A stretch of 64,000 nt of DNA from Eledone cirrhosa (Eukaryota), in the NCBI GenBank assembly GCA_964016885.1, contig OZ024742.1, positions 365,800,001 through 365,864,000 of the forward strand, given 5' to 3'. The notes beneath the pieces are model-generated. The model did not search any database. It saw nothing but the letters and a program-made list of their open reading frames with translations, and had not been told where the DNA came from. The number at the start of each line of letters is the position of its first letter. The stretch's first letter is position 1. Of the stretch, positions 45,001 through 57,370 are shown one piece after another. Both the position numbers and the translations under genes were made by a program.

Positions 45001-48000
45001 AACTATATTCCATATATTGTTGTCAGAAAACTATATTCCATATATTGTTGTCAGTAAACTATATTCCATATATTGTCAGACAACTATATTCCATATATTG
45101 TTGTCAGAAAACTATATTCCATATATTGTTGTCAGAAAACTATATTCCATATATTGTTGTCAGAAACCTATATTCCATATATTGTTGTTAGTAAACTATA
45201 TTCCATATATTGTCAGAAAACTATATTCCATATATTGTCAGAAAACTATATTCCATATATTGTTGTCAGTAAACTATATTCCATATATTGTCAGAAAACT
45301 ATATTCCATATATTGTTGTCAGTAAACTATATTCCATATATTGTCAGAAAACTATATTCCATATATTGTTGTCAGTAAACTATATTCCATATATTGTTGT
45401 CAGTAAACTATATTCCATATATTGTCAGAAAACTATATTCCATATATTGTTGTCAGAAAACTATATTCCATATATTGTCAGAAAACTATATTCCATATAT
45501 TGTTGTCAGAAAACTATATTCCATATATTGTTGTCAGTAAACTATATTCCATATATTGTCAGAAAACTATATTCCATATATTGTTGTCAGTAAACTATAT
45601 TCCATATATTGTCAGAAAACTATATTCCATATATTGTCAGACAACTATATTCCATATATTGTTGTCAGAAAACTATATTCCATATATTGTTGTCAGAAAA
45701 CTATATTCCATATATTGTTGTCAGAAAACTATATTCCATATATTGTTGTCAGTAAACTATATTGCATATATTGTCAGAAAACTATATTCCATATATTATC
45801 AGAAAACTATATTCCATATATTGTTGTCAGTAAACTATATTCCATATATTGTCAGAAAACTATATTCCATATATTGTCAGAAAACTATATTCCATATATT
45901 GTTGTCAGTAAACTATATTCCATATATTGTCAGAAAACTATATTCCATATACTGTTGTCAGTAAACTATATTCCATATATTGTCAGAAAACTATATTCCA
46001 TATATTGTTGTCAGTAAACTATATTCCATATATTGTCAGAAATCTATATTCCATATATTGTTGTCAGTAAACTATATTCCATATATTGTCAGAAATCTAT
46101 ATTCCATATATTGTTGTCAGTAAACTATATTCCATATATTGTCAGAAAACTATATTCCATATATTGTTGTCAGAAAACTATATTCCATATATTGTTGTCA
46201 GAAAACTATATTCCATATATTGTTGTCAGAAAACTATATTCCATATATTGTTGTCAGTAAACTATATTCCATATATTGTCAGAAAACTATATTCCATATA
46301 TTGTTGTCAGAAAACTATATTCCATATATTGTTGTCAGTAAACTATATTCCATATATTGTTGTCAGTAAACTATATTCCATATATTGTTGTCAGAAAACT
46401 ATACTCCATATATTGTCAGAAAACTATATTCCATATATTGTTGTCAGTAAACTATATTCCATATATTGTTGTCAGAAAACTATATTCCATATATTGTTGT
46501 CAGTAAACTATATTCCATATATTGTTGTCAGTAAACTATATTCCATATATTGTTGTCAGTAAACTATATTCCATATATTGTTGTCAGAAAACTATATTCC
46601 ATATATTGTCAGACAACTAAATTCCATATATTGTTGTCAGAAAACTATATTCCATATATTGTTGTCAGAAAACTATATTCCATATATTGTCAGAAAACTA
46701 TATTCCATATATTGTTGTCAGTAAACTATATTCCATATATTGTCAGACAACTATATTCCATATATTGTTGTCAGAAAACTATATTCCATATATTGTTGTC
46801 AGAAAACTATATTCCATATATTGTTGTCAGAAAACTATATTCCATATATTGTTGTCAGTAAACTATATTCCATATATTGTTGTCAGAAACCTATATTCCA
46901 TATATTGTTGTTAGTAAACTATATTCCATATATTGTCAGAAAACTATATTCCATATATTGTTGTCAGTAAACTATATTCCATATATTGTCAGAAAACTAT
47001 ATTCCATATATTGTTGTCAGAAAACTATATTCCATATATTGTTGTCAGTAAACTATATTCCATATATTGTCAGAAAACTATATTCCATATATTGTTGTTA
47101 GTAAACTATATTCCATATATTGTCAGACAACTATATTCCATATATTGTTGTCAGAAAACTATATTCCATATATTGTTGTCAGAAAACTATATTCCATATA
47201 TTGTTGTCAGAAACCTATATTCCATATATTGTTGTTAGTAAACTATATTCCATATATTGTCAGAAAACTATATTCCATATATTGTCAGAAAACTATATTC
47301 CATATATTGTTGTCAGTAAACTATATTCCATATATTGTCAGAAAACTATATTCCATATATTGTTGTCAGTAAACTATATTCCATATATTGTCAGAAAACT
47401 ATATTCCATATATTGTTGTCAGTAAACTATATTCCATATATTGTTGTCAGTAAACTATATTCCATATATTGTCAGAAAACTATATTCCATATATTGTTGT
47501 CAGAAAACTATATTCCATATATTGTCAGAAAACTATATTCCATATATTGTTGTCAGAAAACTATATTCCATATATTGTTGTCAGTAAACTATATTCCATA
47601 TATTGTCAGAAAACTATATTCCATATATTGTTGTCAGTAAACTATATTCCATATATTGTCAGAAAACTATATTCCATATATTGTCAGACAACTATATTCC
47701 ATATATTGTTGTCAGAAAACTATATTCCATATATTGTTGTCAGAAAACTATATTCCATATATTGTTGTCAGAAAACTATATTCCATATATTGTTGTCAGT
47801 AAACTATATTGCATATATTGTCAGAAAACTATATTCCATATATTATCAGAAAACTATATTCCATATATTGTTGTCAGTAAACTATATTCCATATATTGTC
47901 AGAAAACTATATTCCATATATTGTCAGAAAACTATATTCCATATATTGTTGTCAGTAAACTATATTCCATATATTGTCAGAAAACTATATTCCATATACT

Positions 48001-51000
48001 GTTGTCAGTAAACTATATTCCATATATTGTCAGAAAACTATATTCCATATATTGTTGTCAGTAAACTATATTCCATATATTGTCAGAAAACTATATTCCA
48101 TATATTGTTGTCAGTAAACTATATTCCATATATTGTCAGAAATCTATATTCCATATATTGTTGTCAGTAAACTATATTCCATATATTGTCAGAAAACTAT
48201 ATTCCATATATTGTTGTCAGAAAACTATATTCCATATATTGTTGTCAGAAAACTATATTCCATATATTGTTGTCAGAAAACTATATTCCATATATTGTTG
48301 TCAGTAAACTATATTCCATATATTGTCAGAAAACTATATTCCATATATTGTTGTCAGAAAACTATATTCCATATATTGTTGTCAGTAAACTATATTCCAT
48401 ATATTGTTGTCAGTAAACTATATTCCATATATTGTTGTCAGAAAACTATACTCCATATATTGTCAGAAAACTATATTCCATATATTGTTGTCAGTAAACT
48501 ATATTCCATATATTGTTGTCAGAAAACTATATTCCATATATTGTTGTCAGTAAACTATATTCCATATATTGTTGTCAGTAAACTATATTCCATATATTGT
48601 TGTCAGTAAACTATATTCCATATATTGTTGTCAGAAAACTATATTCCATATATTGTCAGACAACTAAATTCCATATATTGTTGTCAGAAAACTATATTCC
48701 ATATATTGTTGTCAGAAAACTATATTCCATATATTGTCAGAAAACTATATTCCATATATTGTCAGTAAACTATATTCCATATATTGTTGTCAGAAAACTA
48801 TATTCCATATATTGTTGTCAGTAAACTATATTCCATATATTGTCAGAAAACTATATTCCATATATTGTTGTCAGTAAACTATATTCCATATATTGTCAGA
48901 CAACTATATTCCATATATTGTTGTCAGAAAACTATATTCCATATATTGTTGTCAGAAAACTATATTCCATATATTGTTGTCAGAAAACTATATTCCATAT
49001 ATTGTTGTCAGTAAACTATATTCCATATATTGTCAGAAAACTATATTCCATATATTGTTGTCAGAAAACTATATTCCATATATTGTTGTCAGTAAACTAT
49101 ATTCCATATATTGTCAGAAAACTATATTCCATATATTGTTGTCAGTAAACTATATTCCATATATTGTCAGACAACTATATTCCATATATTGTTGGCAGAA
49201 AACTATATTCCATATATTGTTGTCAGAAAACTATATTCCATATATTGTTGTCAGAAAACTATATTCCATATATTGTTGTCAGTAAACTATATTCCATATA
49301 TTGTCAGAAAACTATATTCCATATATTGTCAGAAAACTATATTCCACATATTGTTGTCAGTAAACTATATTCCATATATTGTCAGTAAACTATATTCCAT
49401 ATATTGTCAGAAAACTATATTCCATATATTGTTGTCAGTAAACTATATTCCATATATTGTCAGAAAACTATATTCCGTATATTGTTGTCAGTAAACTATA
49501 TTCCATATATTGGCAGAAAACTATTTTCCATATATTGTTGTCAGTAAACTATATTCCATATATTGTGAGAAAACTATATTCCATATATTGTTGTCAGAAA
49601 ACTATATTCCATATATTGTTGTCAGTAAACTATATTCCATATATTGTCAGAAAACTATATTCCATATATTGTTGTTAGTAAACTATATTCCATATATTGT
49701 CAGACAACTATATTCCATATATTGTTGTCAGTAAACTATATTCCATATATTGTTGTCAGTAAACTATATTCCATATATTGTTGTCAGTAAACTATATTCC
49801 ATATATTGTTGTCAGAAAACTATATTCCATATATTGTCAGACAACTAAATTCCATATATTGTTGTCAGAAAACTATATTCCATATATTGTTGTCAGAAAA
49901 CTATATTCCATATATTGTCAGAAAACTATATTCCATATATTGTCAGTAAACTATATTCCATATATTGTTGTCAGAAAACTATATTCCATATATTGTTGTC
50001 AGTAAACTATATTCCATATATTGTCAGAAAACTATATTCCATATATTGTTGTCAGTAAACTATATTCCATATATTGTCAGACAACTATATTCCATATATT
50101 GTTGTCAGAAAACTATATTCCATATATTGTTGTCAGAAAACTATATTCCATATATTGTTGTCAGAAAACTATATTCCATATATTGTTGTCAGTAAACTAT
50201 ATTCCATATATTGTCAGAAAACTATATTCCATATATTGTTGTCAGAAAACTATATTCCATATATTGTTGTCAGTAAACTATATTCCATATATTGTCAGAA
50301 AACTATATTCCATATATTGTTGTCAGTAAACTATATTCCATATATTGTCAGACAACTATATTCCATATATTGTTGGCAGAAAACTATATTCCATATATTG
50401 TTGTCAGAAAACTATATTCCATATATTGTTGTCAGAAAACTATATTCCATATATTGTTGTCAGTAAACTATATTCCATATATTGTCAGAAAACTATATTC
50501 CATATATTGTCAGAAAACTATATTCCACATATTGTTGTCAGTAAACTATATTCCATATATTGTCAGTAAACTATATTCCATATATTGTCAGAAAACTATA
50601 TTCCATATATTGTTGTCAGTAAACTATATTCCATATATTGTCAGAAAACTATATTCCGTATATTGTTGTCAGTAAACTATATTCCATATATTGGCAGAAA
50701 ACTATATTCCATATATTGTTGTCAGTAAACTATATTCCATATATTGTGAGAAAACTATATTCCATATATTGTTGTCAGAAAACTATATTCCATATATTGT
50801 TGTCAGTAAACTATATTCCATATATTGTCAGAAAACTATATTCCATATATTGTTGTTAGTAAACTATATTCCATATATTGTCAGACAACTATATTCCATA
50901 TATTGTTGTCAGTAAACTATATTCCATATATTGTTGTCAGAAAACTATATTCCATATATTGTTGTCAGAAAACTATATTCCATATATTGTTGTTAGTAAA

Positions 51001-54000
51001 CTATATTCCATATATTGTCAGAAAACTATATTCCATATATTGTCAGAAAAATATATTCCATATATTGTTGTCAGTAAACTATATTCCATATATTGTTAGA
51101 AAACTATATTCCATATATTGTTGTCAGTAAACTATATTCCATATATTGTCAGAAAACTATATTCCATATATTGTTGTCAGTAAACTATATTCCATATATT
51201 GTTGTCAGTAAACTATATTCCATATATTGTCAGAAAACTATATTCCATATATTGTTGTCAGAAAACTATATTCCATATATTGTCAGAAAACTATATTCCA
51301 TATATTGTTGTCAGAAAACTATATTCCATATATTGTTGTCAGTAAACTATATTCCATATATTGTCAGAAAACTATATTCCATATATTGTTGTCAGTAAAC
51401 TATATTCCATATATTGTCAGAAAACTATATTCCATATATTGTCAGACAACTATATTCCATATATTGTTGTCAGAAAACTATATTCCATATATTGTTGTCA
51501 GAAAACTATATTCCATATATTGTTGTCAGAAAACTATATTCCATATATTGTTGTCAGTAAACTATATTCCATATATTGTCAGAAAACTATATTCCATATA
51601 TTGTCAGAAAACTATATTCCATATATTGTTGTCAGTAAACTATATTCCATATATTGTCAGAAAACTATATTCCATATATTGTCAGAAAACTATATTCCAT
51701 ATATTGTTGTCAGTAAACTATATTCCATATATTGTCAGAAAACTATAATCCATATATTGTTGTCAGTAAACTATATTCCATATATTGTCAGAAAACTATA
51801 TTCCATATATTGTTGTCAGTAAACTATATTCCATATATTGTCAGAAAACTATATTCCATATATTGTTGTCAGTAAACTATATTCCATATATTGTCAGAAA
51901 ACTATATTCCATATATTGTTGTCAGTAAACTATATTCCATATATTGTTGTCAGTAAACTATATTCCATATATTGTCAGAAAACTATATTCCATATATTGT
52001 TGTCAGAAAACTATATTCCATATATTGTCAGAAAACTATATTCCATATATTGTTGTCAGAAAACTATATTCCATATATTGTTGTCAGTAAACTATATTCC
52101 ATATATTGTCAGAAAACTATATTCCATATATTGTTGTCAGTAAACTATATTCCATATATTGTCAGAAAACTATATTCCATATATTGTTGTCAGTAAACTA
52201 TATTCCATATATTGTCAGAAAACTATATTCCATATATTGTTGTCAGTAAACTATATTCCATATATTGTCAGAAAACTATATTCCATATATTGTTGTCAGA
52301 AAACTATATTCCATATATTGTTGTCAGTAAACTATATTCCATATATTGTCAGAAAACTATATTCCATATATTGTTGTCAGAAAACTATATTCCATATATT
52401 GTTGTCAGAAAACTATATTCCATATATTGTTGTCAGAAAACTATATTCCATATATTGTTGTCAGTAAACTATATTCCATATATTGTCAGAAAACTATATT
52501 CCATATATTGTCAGAAAACTATATTCCATATATTGTTGTCAGTAAACTATATTCCATATATTGTCAGAAAACTATATTCCATATATTGTCAGAAAACTAT
52601 ATTCCATATATTGTTGTCAGTAAACTATATTCCATATATTGTCAGAAAACTATATTCCATATATTGTTGTCAGTAAACTATATTCCATATATTGTCAGAA
52701 AACTATATTCCATATATTGTTGTCAGTAAACTATATTCCATATATTGTTGTCAGTAAACTATATTCCAGATATTGTCAGAAGACTATATTCCATATATTG
52801 TTGTCAGAAAACTATATTCCATATATTGTCAGAAAACTATATTCCATATATTGTTGTCAGAAAACTATATTCCATATATTGTTGTCAGTAAACTATATTC
52901 CATATATTGTCAGAAAACTATATTCCATATATTGTTGTCAGTAAACTATATTCCATATATTGTCAGAAAACTATATTCCATATATTGTCAGACAACTATA
53001 TTCCATATATTGTTGTCAGAAAACTATATTCCATATATTGTTGTCAGAAAACTATATTCCATATATTGTTGTCAGAAAACTATATTCCATATATTGTTGT
53101 CAGTAAACTATATTCCATATATTGTCAGAAAACTATATTCCATATATTGTCAGAAAACTATATTCCATATATTGTTGTCCGTAAACTATATTCCATATAT
53201 TGTCAGAAAACTATATTCCATATATTGTCAGAAAACTATATTCCATATATTGTCAGAAAACTATATTCCATATATTGTTGTCAGTAAACTATATTCCATA
53301 TATTGTCAGAAAACTATATTCCATATATTGTTGTCAGTAAACTATATTCCATATATTGTCAGAAAACTATATTCCATATATTGTTGTCAGTAAACTATAT
53401 TCCATATATTGTCAGAAAACTATATGCCATATATTGTTGTCAGTAAACTATATTCCATATATTGTCAGAAAACTATATTCCATATATTGTTGTCAGTAAA
53501 CTATATTCCATATATTGTCAGAAAACTATATTCCATATATTGTTGTCAGAAAACTATATTCCATATATTGTTGTCAGTAAACTATATTCCATATATTGTC
53601 AGAAAACTATATTCCATATATTGTTGTCAGTAAACTATATTCCATATATTGTCAGAAAACTATATTCCATATATTGTTGTCATAAAACTATATTCCATAT
53701 ATTGTTGTCAGAAAACTATATTCCATATATTGTTGTCAGTAAACTATATTCCATATATTGTTGTCAGAAAACTATATTCCATATATTGTTGTCAGTAAAC
53801 TATATTCCATATATTGTTGTCAGTAAACTATATTCCATATATTGTTGTCAGAAAACTATATTCCATATATTGTCAGACAACTATATTCCATATATTGTTG
53901 TCAGAAAACTATATTCCATATATTGTTGTCAGAAAACTATATTCCATATATTGTTGTCAGTAAACTATATTCCATATATTGTTGTCAGTAAACTATATTC

Positions 54001-54437
54001 CATATATTGTCAGAAAACTATATTCCATATATTGTTGTCAGAAAACTATATTCCATATATTGTTGTCAGTAAACTATATTCCATATATTGTCAGAAAACT
54101 ATATTCCATATATTGTTGTCACAAAACTATATTCCATATATTGTTGTCAGAAAACTATATTCCATATATTGTTGTCAGAAAACTATATTCCATATATTGT
54201 TGTCAGTAAACTATATTCCATATATTGTCAGAAAACTATATTCCATATATTGTTGTCAGAAAACTATATTCCATATATTGTTGTCAGTAAACTATATTCC
54301 ATATATTGTTGTCAGAAAACTATATTCCATATATTGTTGTCAGAAAACTATATTCTATATATTGTTGTCAGAAAACTATATTCCATATATTGTCAGAAAA
54401 CTATATTCTATATATTGTTGTCAGAAAACTATATTCT
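1..54437 (+). repeat. Satellite DNA array of 25/28-bp monomers, consensus (TGT)TGTCAG[A/T]AAACTATATTCCATATAT, about 2,000 copies, continuing beyond the window start
   Basis: Directly visible head-to-tail repetition in one orientation with no spacers or foreign insertions seen. It ends abruptly at ...TCAGAAAACTATATTCT (54437). Copy number is estimated as 54.4 kb / ~26.5 bp. Confidence 0.99.
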
Positions 54438-54727
54438 CGTTTTAGAGTGGTATCATTATTTTCGTATTTGAAGTTCATTTGAAAGAAACACTCAATTCTC
54501 GCGATGCCGCATATCTAGATTATTACTTTTAACGATTCTGGATTTAGGATTAATATTTCATTCATGCTTCTCTTATGATATAAATTTCTGTCTTTTTTGG
54601 AATCACTTGAAATAATTATATCATAAATCGAAAAATGTCTTATTCTATCCGACTACGTTTGAAATATGTTACGTAAGTGATGAAAGCAAACATTTAAAGC
54701 AGAAATGGACAGTGGAAATCTACTGTA

Positions 54728-54925
54728 GATATTGCCAGCAGATGTAGAGAGTGAAAACTGATAGATATCAGCTGTAGACATTTACAGATATTGACAGTAA
54801 AGATTGACACTGAAGATTGAGAGAAAATTACATTAAATGCTGACAAGACAAATTAACAGTAAAACTTGACATACTGACAGTAAAAATTTAAGTTGGAAAT
54901 TGAAAGTGAATATTGAAAGCAAAAA
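54728..54925 (+). repeat. Degenerate ~12-bp periodic repeat (ATTGACAGTAAA-like)
   Basis: Recurring ATTGCCAGCA, ATATTGACAGTAAA (54788), ATTGACACTGAA, ATTGAGAGAAAA, ATTAACAGTAAA, ATACTGACAGTAAA (54871), ATTGAAAGTGAA and ATTGAAAGCAAA. Confidence 0.55.
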
Positions 54926-55038
54926 CTTAAAATACTTAAAATAAACTTAAGATGAAATATAATTTATCAAGGCAACAGAGATTATTCCATGTTTATATGA
55001 GGTTTTTAAATATTTCAATGAACCAGACAAATGTATAC

Positions 55039-55075
55039 CTTAGAATATTGTCGAGATTACTGGAAAGGTGGAGAT
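55039..55075 (-). CDS. Candidate 37-nt internal exon of an unidentified minus-strand gene
   Basis: On the minus strand, acceptor ttttctctcacAG, exon ATCTCCACC...ATTCTAAG, donor GTatac. It joins the 55157-55247 exon in an open frame (..N-LHLSSNLDNIL..). Confidence 0.4.
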
Positions 55076-55156
55076 CTGTGAGAGAAAATTACAAAGTAAA
55101 TTTAGAAAAATATAAAATACTTCTTTGGAAACTATACACTCGTTTAGGTAACTTAC

Positions 55157-55247
55157 TGCTTCCATGTTGGCAAACTGGGTTTCCCAGTTGCAGGAAAAGA
55201 CTACCAATTGTAAAATTACAGGTGCATCCATTAGTATGAAGGTAAAC
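55157..55247 (-). CDS. Candidate 91-nt exon of an unidentified minus-strand gene
   Basis: On the minus strand, branch-like ctactgac, acceptor ttgtttcacttAG and consensus donor GTAAGT (55151-55156). An 81-nt GT..AG intron follows. The open frame reads VYLHTNGCTCNFTIGSLFLQLGNPVCQHGS. Confidence 0.45.
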
Positions 55248-56276
55248 CTAAGTGAAACAATCTAGAAATTTAGTCAGTAGTTTGTAAATGAAAACAGGAT
55301 AAGAAATACAAACTCGTATAGAAGTATATGTGATTATACAATAGGTTAAAATATACATATTCACACTTACCATGTCATGCATACAAGCTGGTACACATAC
55401 ATTTATACCATACATGCAATATAAAAGTATATGAGTAAGATTAGAGTGCTATTTCTAGCAGGCTGAAATAGAGTTGAGGCAACTCAGTACATAGCATCAC
55501 TAAAAACATTGAGGCATAAAGGCAGTTTTATGTTTGCCTCTACAATTATCCAAACATTAAACAAAAATTAGTTTCCTAACTAAATTGTTTCCCCTGTTAT
55601 ACATTTATGTAATAGAAACATTTATTTCAGTGAAGTGGTATTAATCAGACCAGATTCTATAAAGTACCTTTTATGAAGGGCCACTACTACCATTAAGTAT
55701 TCTTATGGGACTTTAAAAGATCACAATTTTATAGAAATGTGGGTAAATAACTTCAGAATTTCATGTAATCAATAAATAAATTACTCAACATTTTTGCCGC
55801 GAGAAGTATAAAGGAAATGTCGAAAGAGGTGGAGAGGATTGTATAGTTTTATAACCAACTACATTCCTTGGTGTGGGAGACAGTGGACTGTGGAGTGGAA
55901 AATGTGAGATACAACTTTGATAGGTTTTGGCCAGTATTGGACCAGGTCATGTTTAAATTAATAGCACCAACTGACGAATTTTCTTAGTGACGTCAGAGCA
56001 ACATCTGTCAACGCTAGGTTTGTCAGCTTAACAAACTGAAATATTAAAGTAATATTAGAACATGAGGGGGGGGGGGCATAAATGGGAAAAGGAGGACTAA
56101 TTCTAGTGTTAGCTTCAGGCGCTGAATATCCAGATGCCGGCCCTGATTTGGCAGAGACAAATTTTACGCCAGCGATAATGGATAACATAGCGAATAACAT
56201 TTACAATACAACCAATATAGGTGAGGTATCGAAGGCTGTAATAGATTTCTGTTGACTGTATACTATATACTAGTGC

Positions 56277-56279
<3 letters not shown>

Positions 56280-56341
<62 letters not shown>
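56280..56341. repeat. (TA)n microsatellite
   Basis: About 30 perfect TA units. Confidence 0.98.
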
Positions 56342-56345
<4 letters not shown>

Positions 56346-56538
56346 GAAACACACAGATACATGCGGACACACACATATATACATGAATGCATCCGCACCC
56401 AACTGTGAGTTAAGGGTGCCAACTTCACCGATGTTGCTCAACATCGGTGAAGTTGGCACCCTTAACTCACAGTTGGGTGCGGATGCATTCATGTATATAT
56501 GTGTGTGTCCGCATGTATCTGTGTGTTTCTTAATATAT
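56337..56538. mobile_element. Perfect fold-back palindrome (100-bp arms, 2-nt CT loop), MITE-like
   Basis: 56337-56436 is the exact reverse complement of 56439-56538, checked base by base. It lies at the end of a (TA)n tract. The MITE interpretation is inference. Confidence 0.75.
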
Positions 56539-56950
56539 TAATAACTCCCTCTGGTCGAACAATCTTTGAAGTGTGGGGACAACTGGAAAGCTTCCATTAC
56601 TCATACTTCTCGCCTTCTTCACTACCTCTTCTACGGCCTCGATATGAATACCCCCTCCGCCTCCGTGGTATTCTCTTCGTGGTTATAAGAGGCTTAGCTC
56701 TGTTTCTCGACCGTTATATCGCGTGACTATCTCCCCCTCCGCCTTTTGGGATTCTTTCTCACGTCGTGTAGACGCGTTCTTGAGACTAGTAAAATGAGGT
56801 ATCCTCTTGATAAGTCGGCAGACCTCGCAAGAACTCTATATCTTTGATATATTGTTTTTGTTTATGCCACGAAACTACGTAGTCGAGGAATTTAGGAACA
56901 GTTTAGGTATGATACATTTTATTACTAATTATATCTAAATGTTTCTTCTC
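56539..56950 (+). mobile_element. Non-coding Penelope-like/retrozyme-like fragment carrying a hammerhead ribozyme
   Basis: CpG-containing island between microsatellites with an internal direct repeat CCCCCTCCGCCT (56651, 56733) and a hammerhead at 56802-56889. Boundaries are approximate. Confidence 0.5.
56802..56889 (+). ncRNA. Type I hammerhead ribozyme, U3-A8 core variant, palindromic stem III
   Basis: Stem I TCCTC/GAGGA; core TTGATAA (CTGATGA with compensatory C3U/G8A); stem II GT(c)GGCA/TGCCAC extended by GCAAGAAC/GTTTTTGT and TATATC-TTT-GATATA; GAAA at 56871; stem III ACTACGTAGT (self-complementary); GTC triplet with predicted cut after 56884. Confidence 0.8.
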
Positions 56951-56961
56951 TCTTCATAATG

Positions 56962-57004
<43 letters not shown>

Positions 57005-57269
57005 GTGTGTAGATATGTATGTTTTTTTGTGTGTATATATGATTTAGTCGTGTTTAGATGTGTTTGTATAAGTGTAAGTGTATGTATGTTCGAGTATATA
57101 TGCATGTATGTATGTTTGTGTATATATGCATGTATGTGTATATGAGTGTATATATGCTCGTGTATGTATGTATGTTTGCGTATAAATGTATATCTGTATG
57201 TTAGTCTGTTGTATATATGAGTGTGTATATATGTATATATATGTGTATGTTAGTCTGTTGTATATATGA

Positions 57270-57329
<60 letters not shown>

Positions 57330-57370
57330 GTTAGTCTGTTGTATATATGAGTGTATATATATATATATAT
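56951..57370. repeat. Compound (TA)n/(TG)n/(TATG)n microsatellite with three embedded copies of TATGTTAGTCTGTTGTATATATGAGTGT
   Basis: Directly visible. Embedded copies at about 57197, 57247 and 57327, with a fourth at about 57850. Confidence 0.9.

Noticed and set aside
1-54437. CRISPR array (25-28-bp repeats)
   Set aside because: The repeats are directly adjacent with no unique spacers, there are no cas genes, and the context is eukaryotic.
1-54437. Telomeric repeat
   Set aside because: There is no TTAGGG-like G-rich strand, and unit length and heterogeneity fit a satellite.
1-54437. Transcription-factor site array (TALE TGACA, forkhead GTAAACA)
   Set aside because: Only partial matches are present (TGACAA, GTAAACT), and short motifs are expected by chance. 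This cannot be supported without binding data.
25-54471. Hundreds of ORFs as protein-coding genes
   Set aside because: They are overlapping three-frame translations of the satellite, mostly with TTG starts and the same cyclic peptide, with no coding evidence.
55971-56050. Third hammerhead at CTGACGA
   Set aside because: No stem II/GAAA/stem III arrangement and no complement to the upstream GCACCAA to close stem I.
56082-56255. Short plus-strand ORF MGKGGLILVLASGAEYPDAG... and overlapping minus-strand 80-aa ORF
   Set aside because: Short, no recognisable domain and no consistent gene structure.
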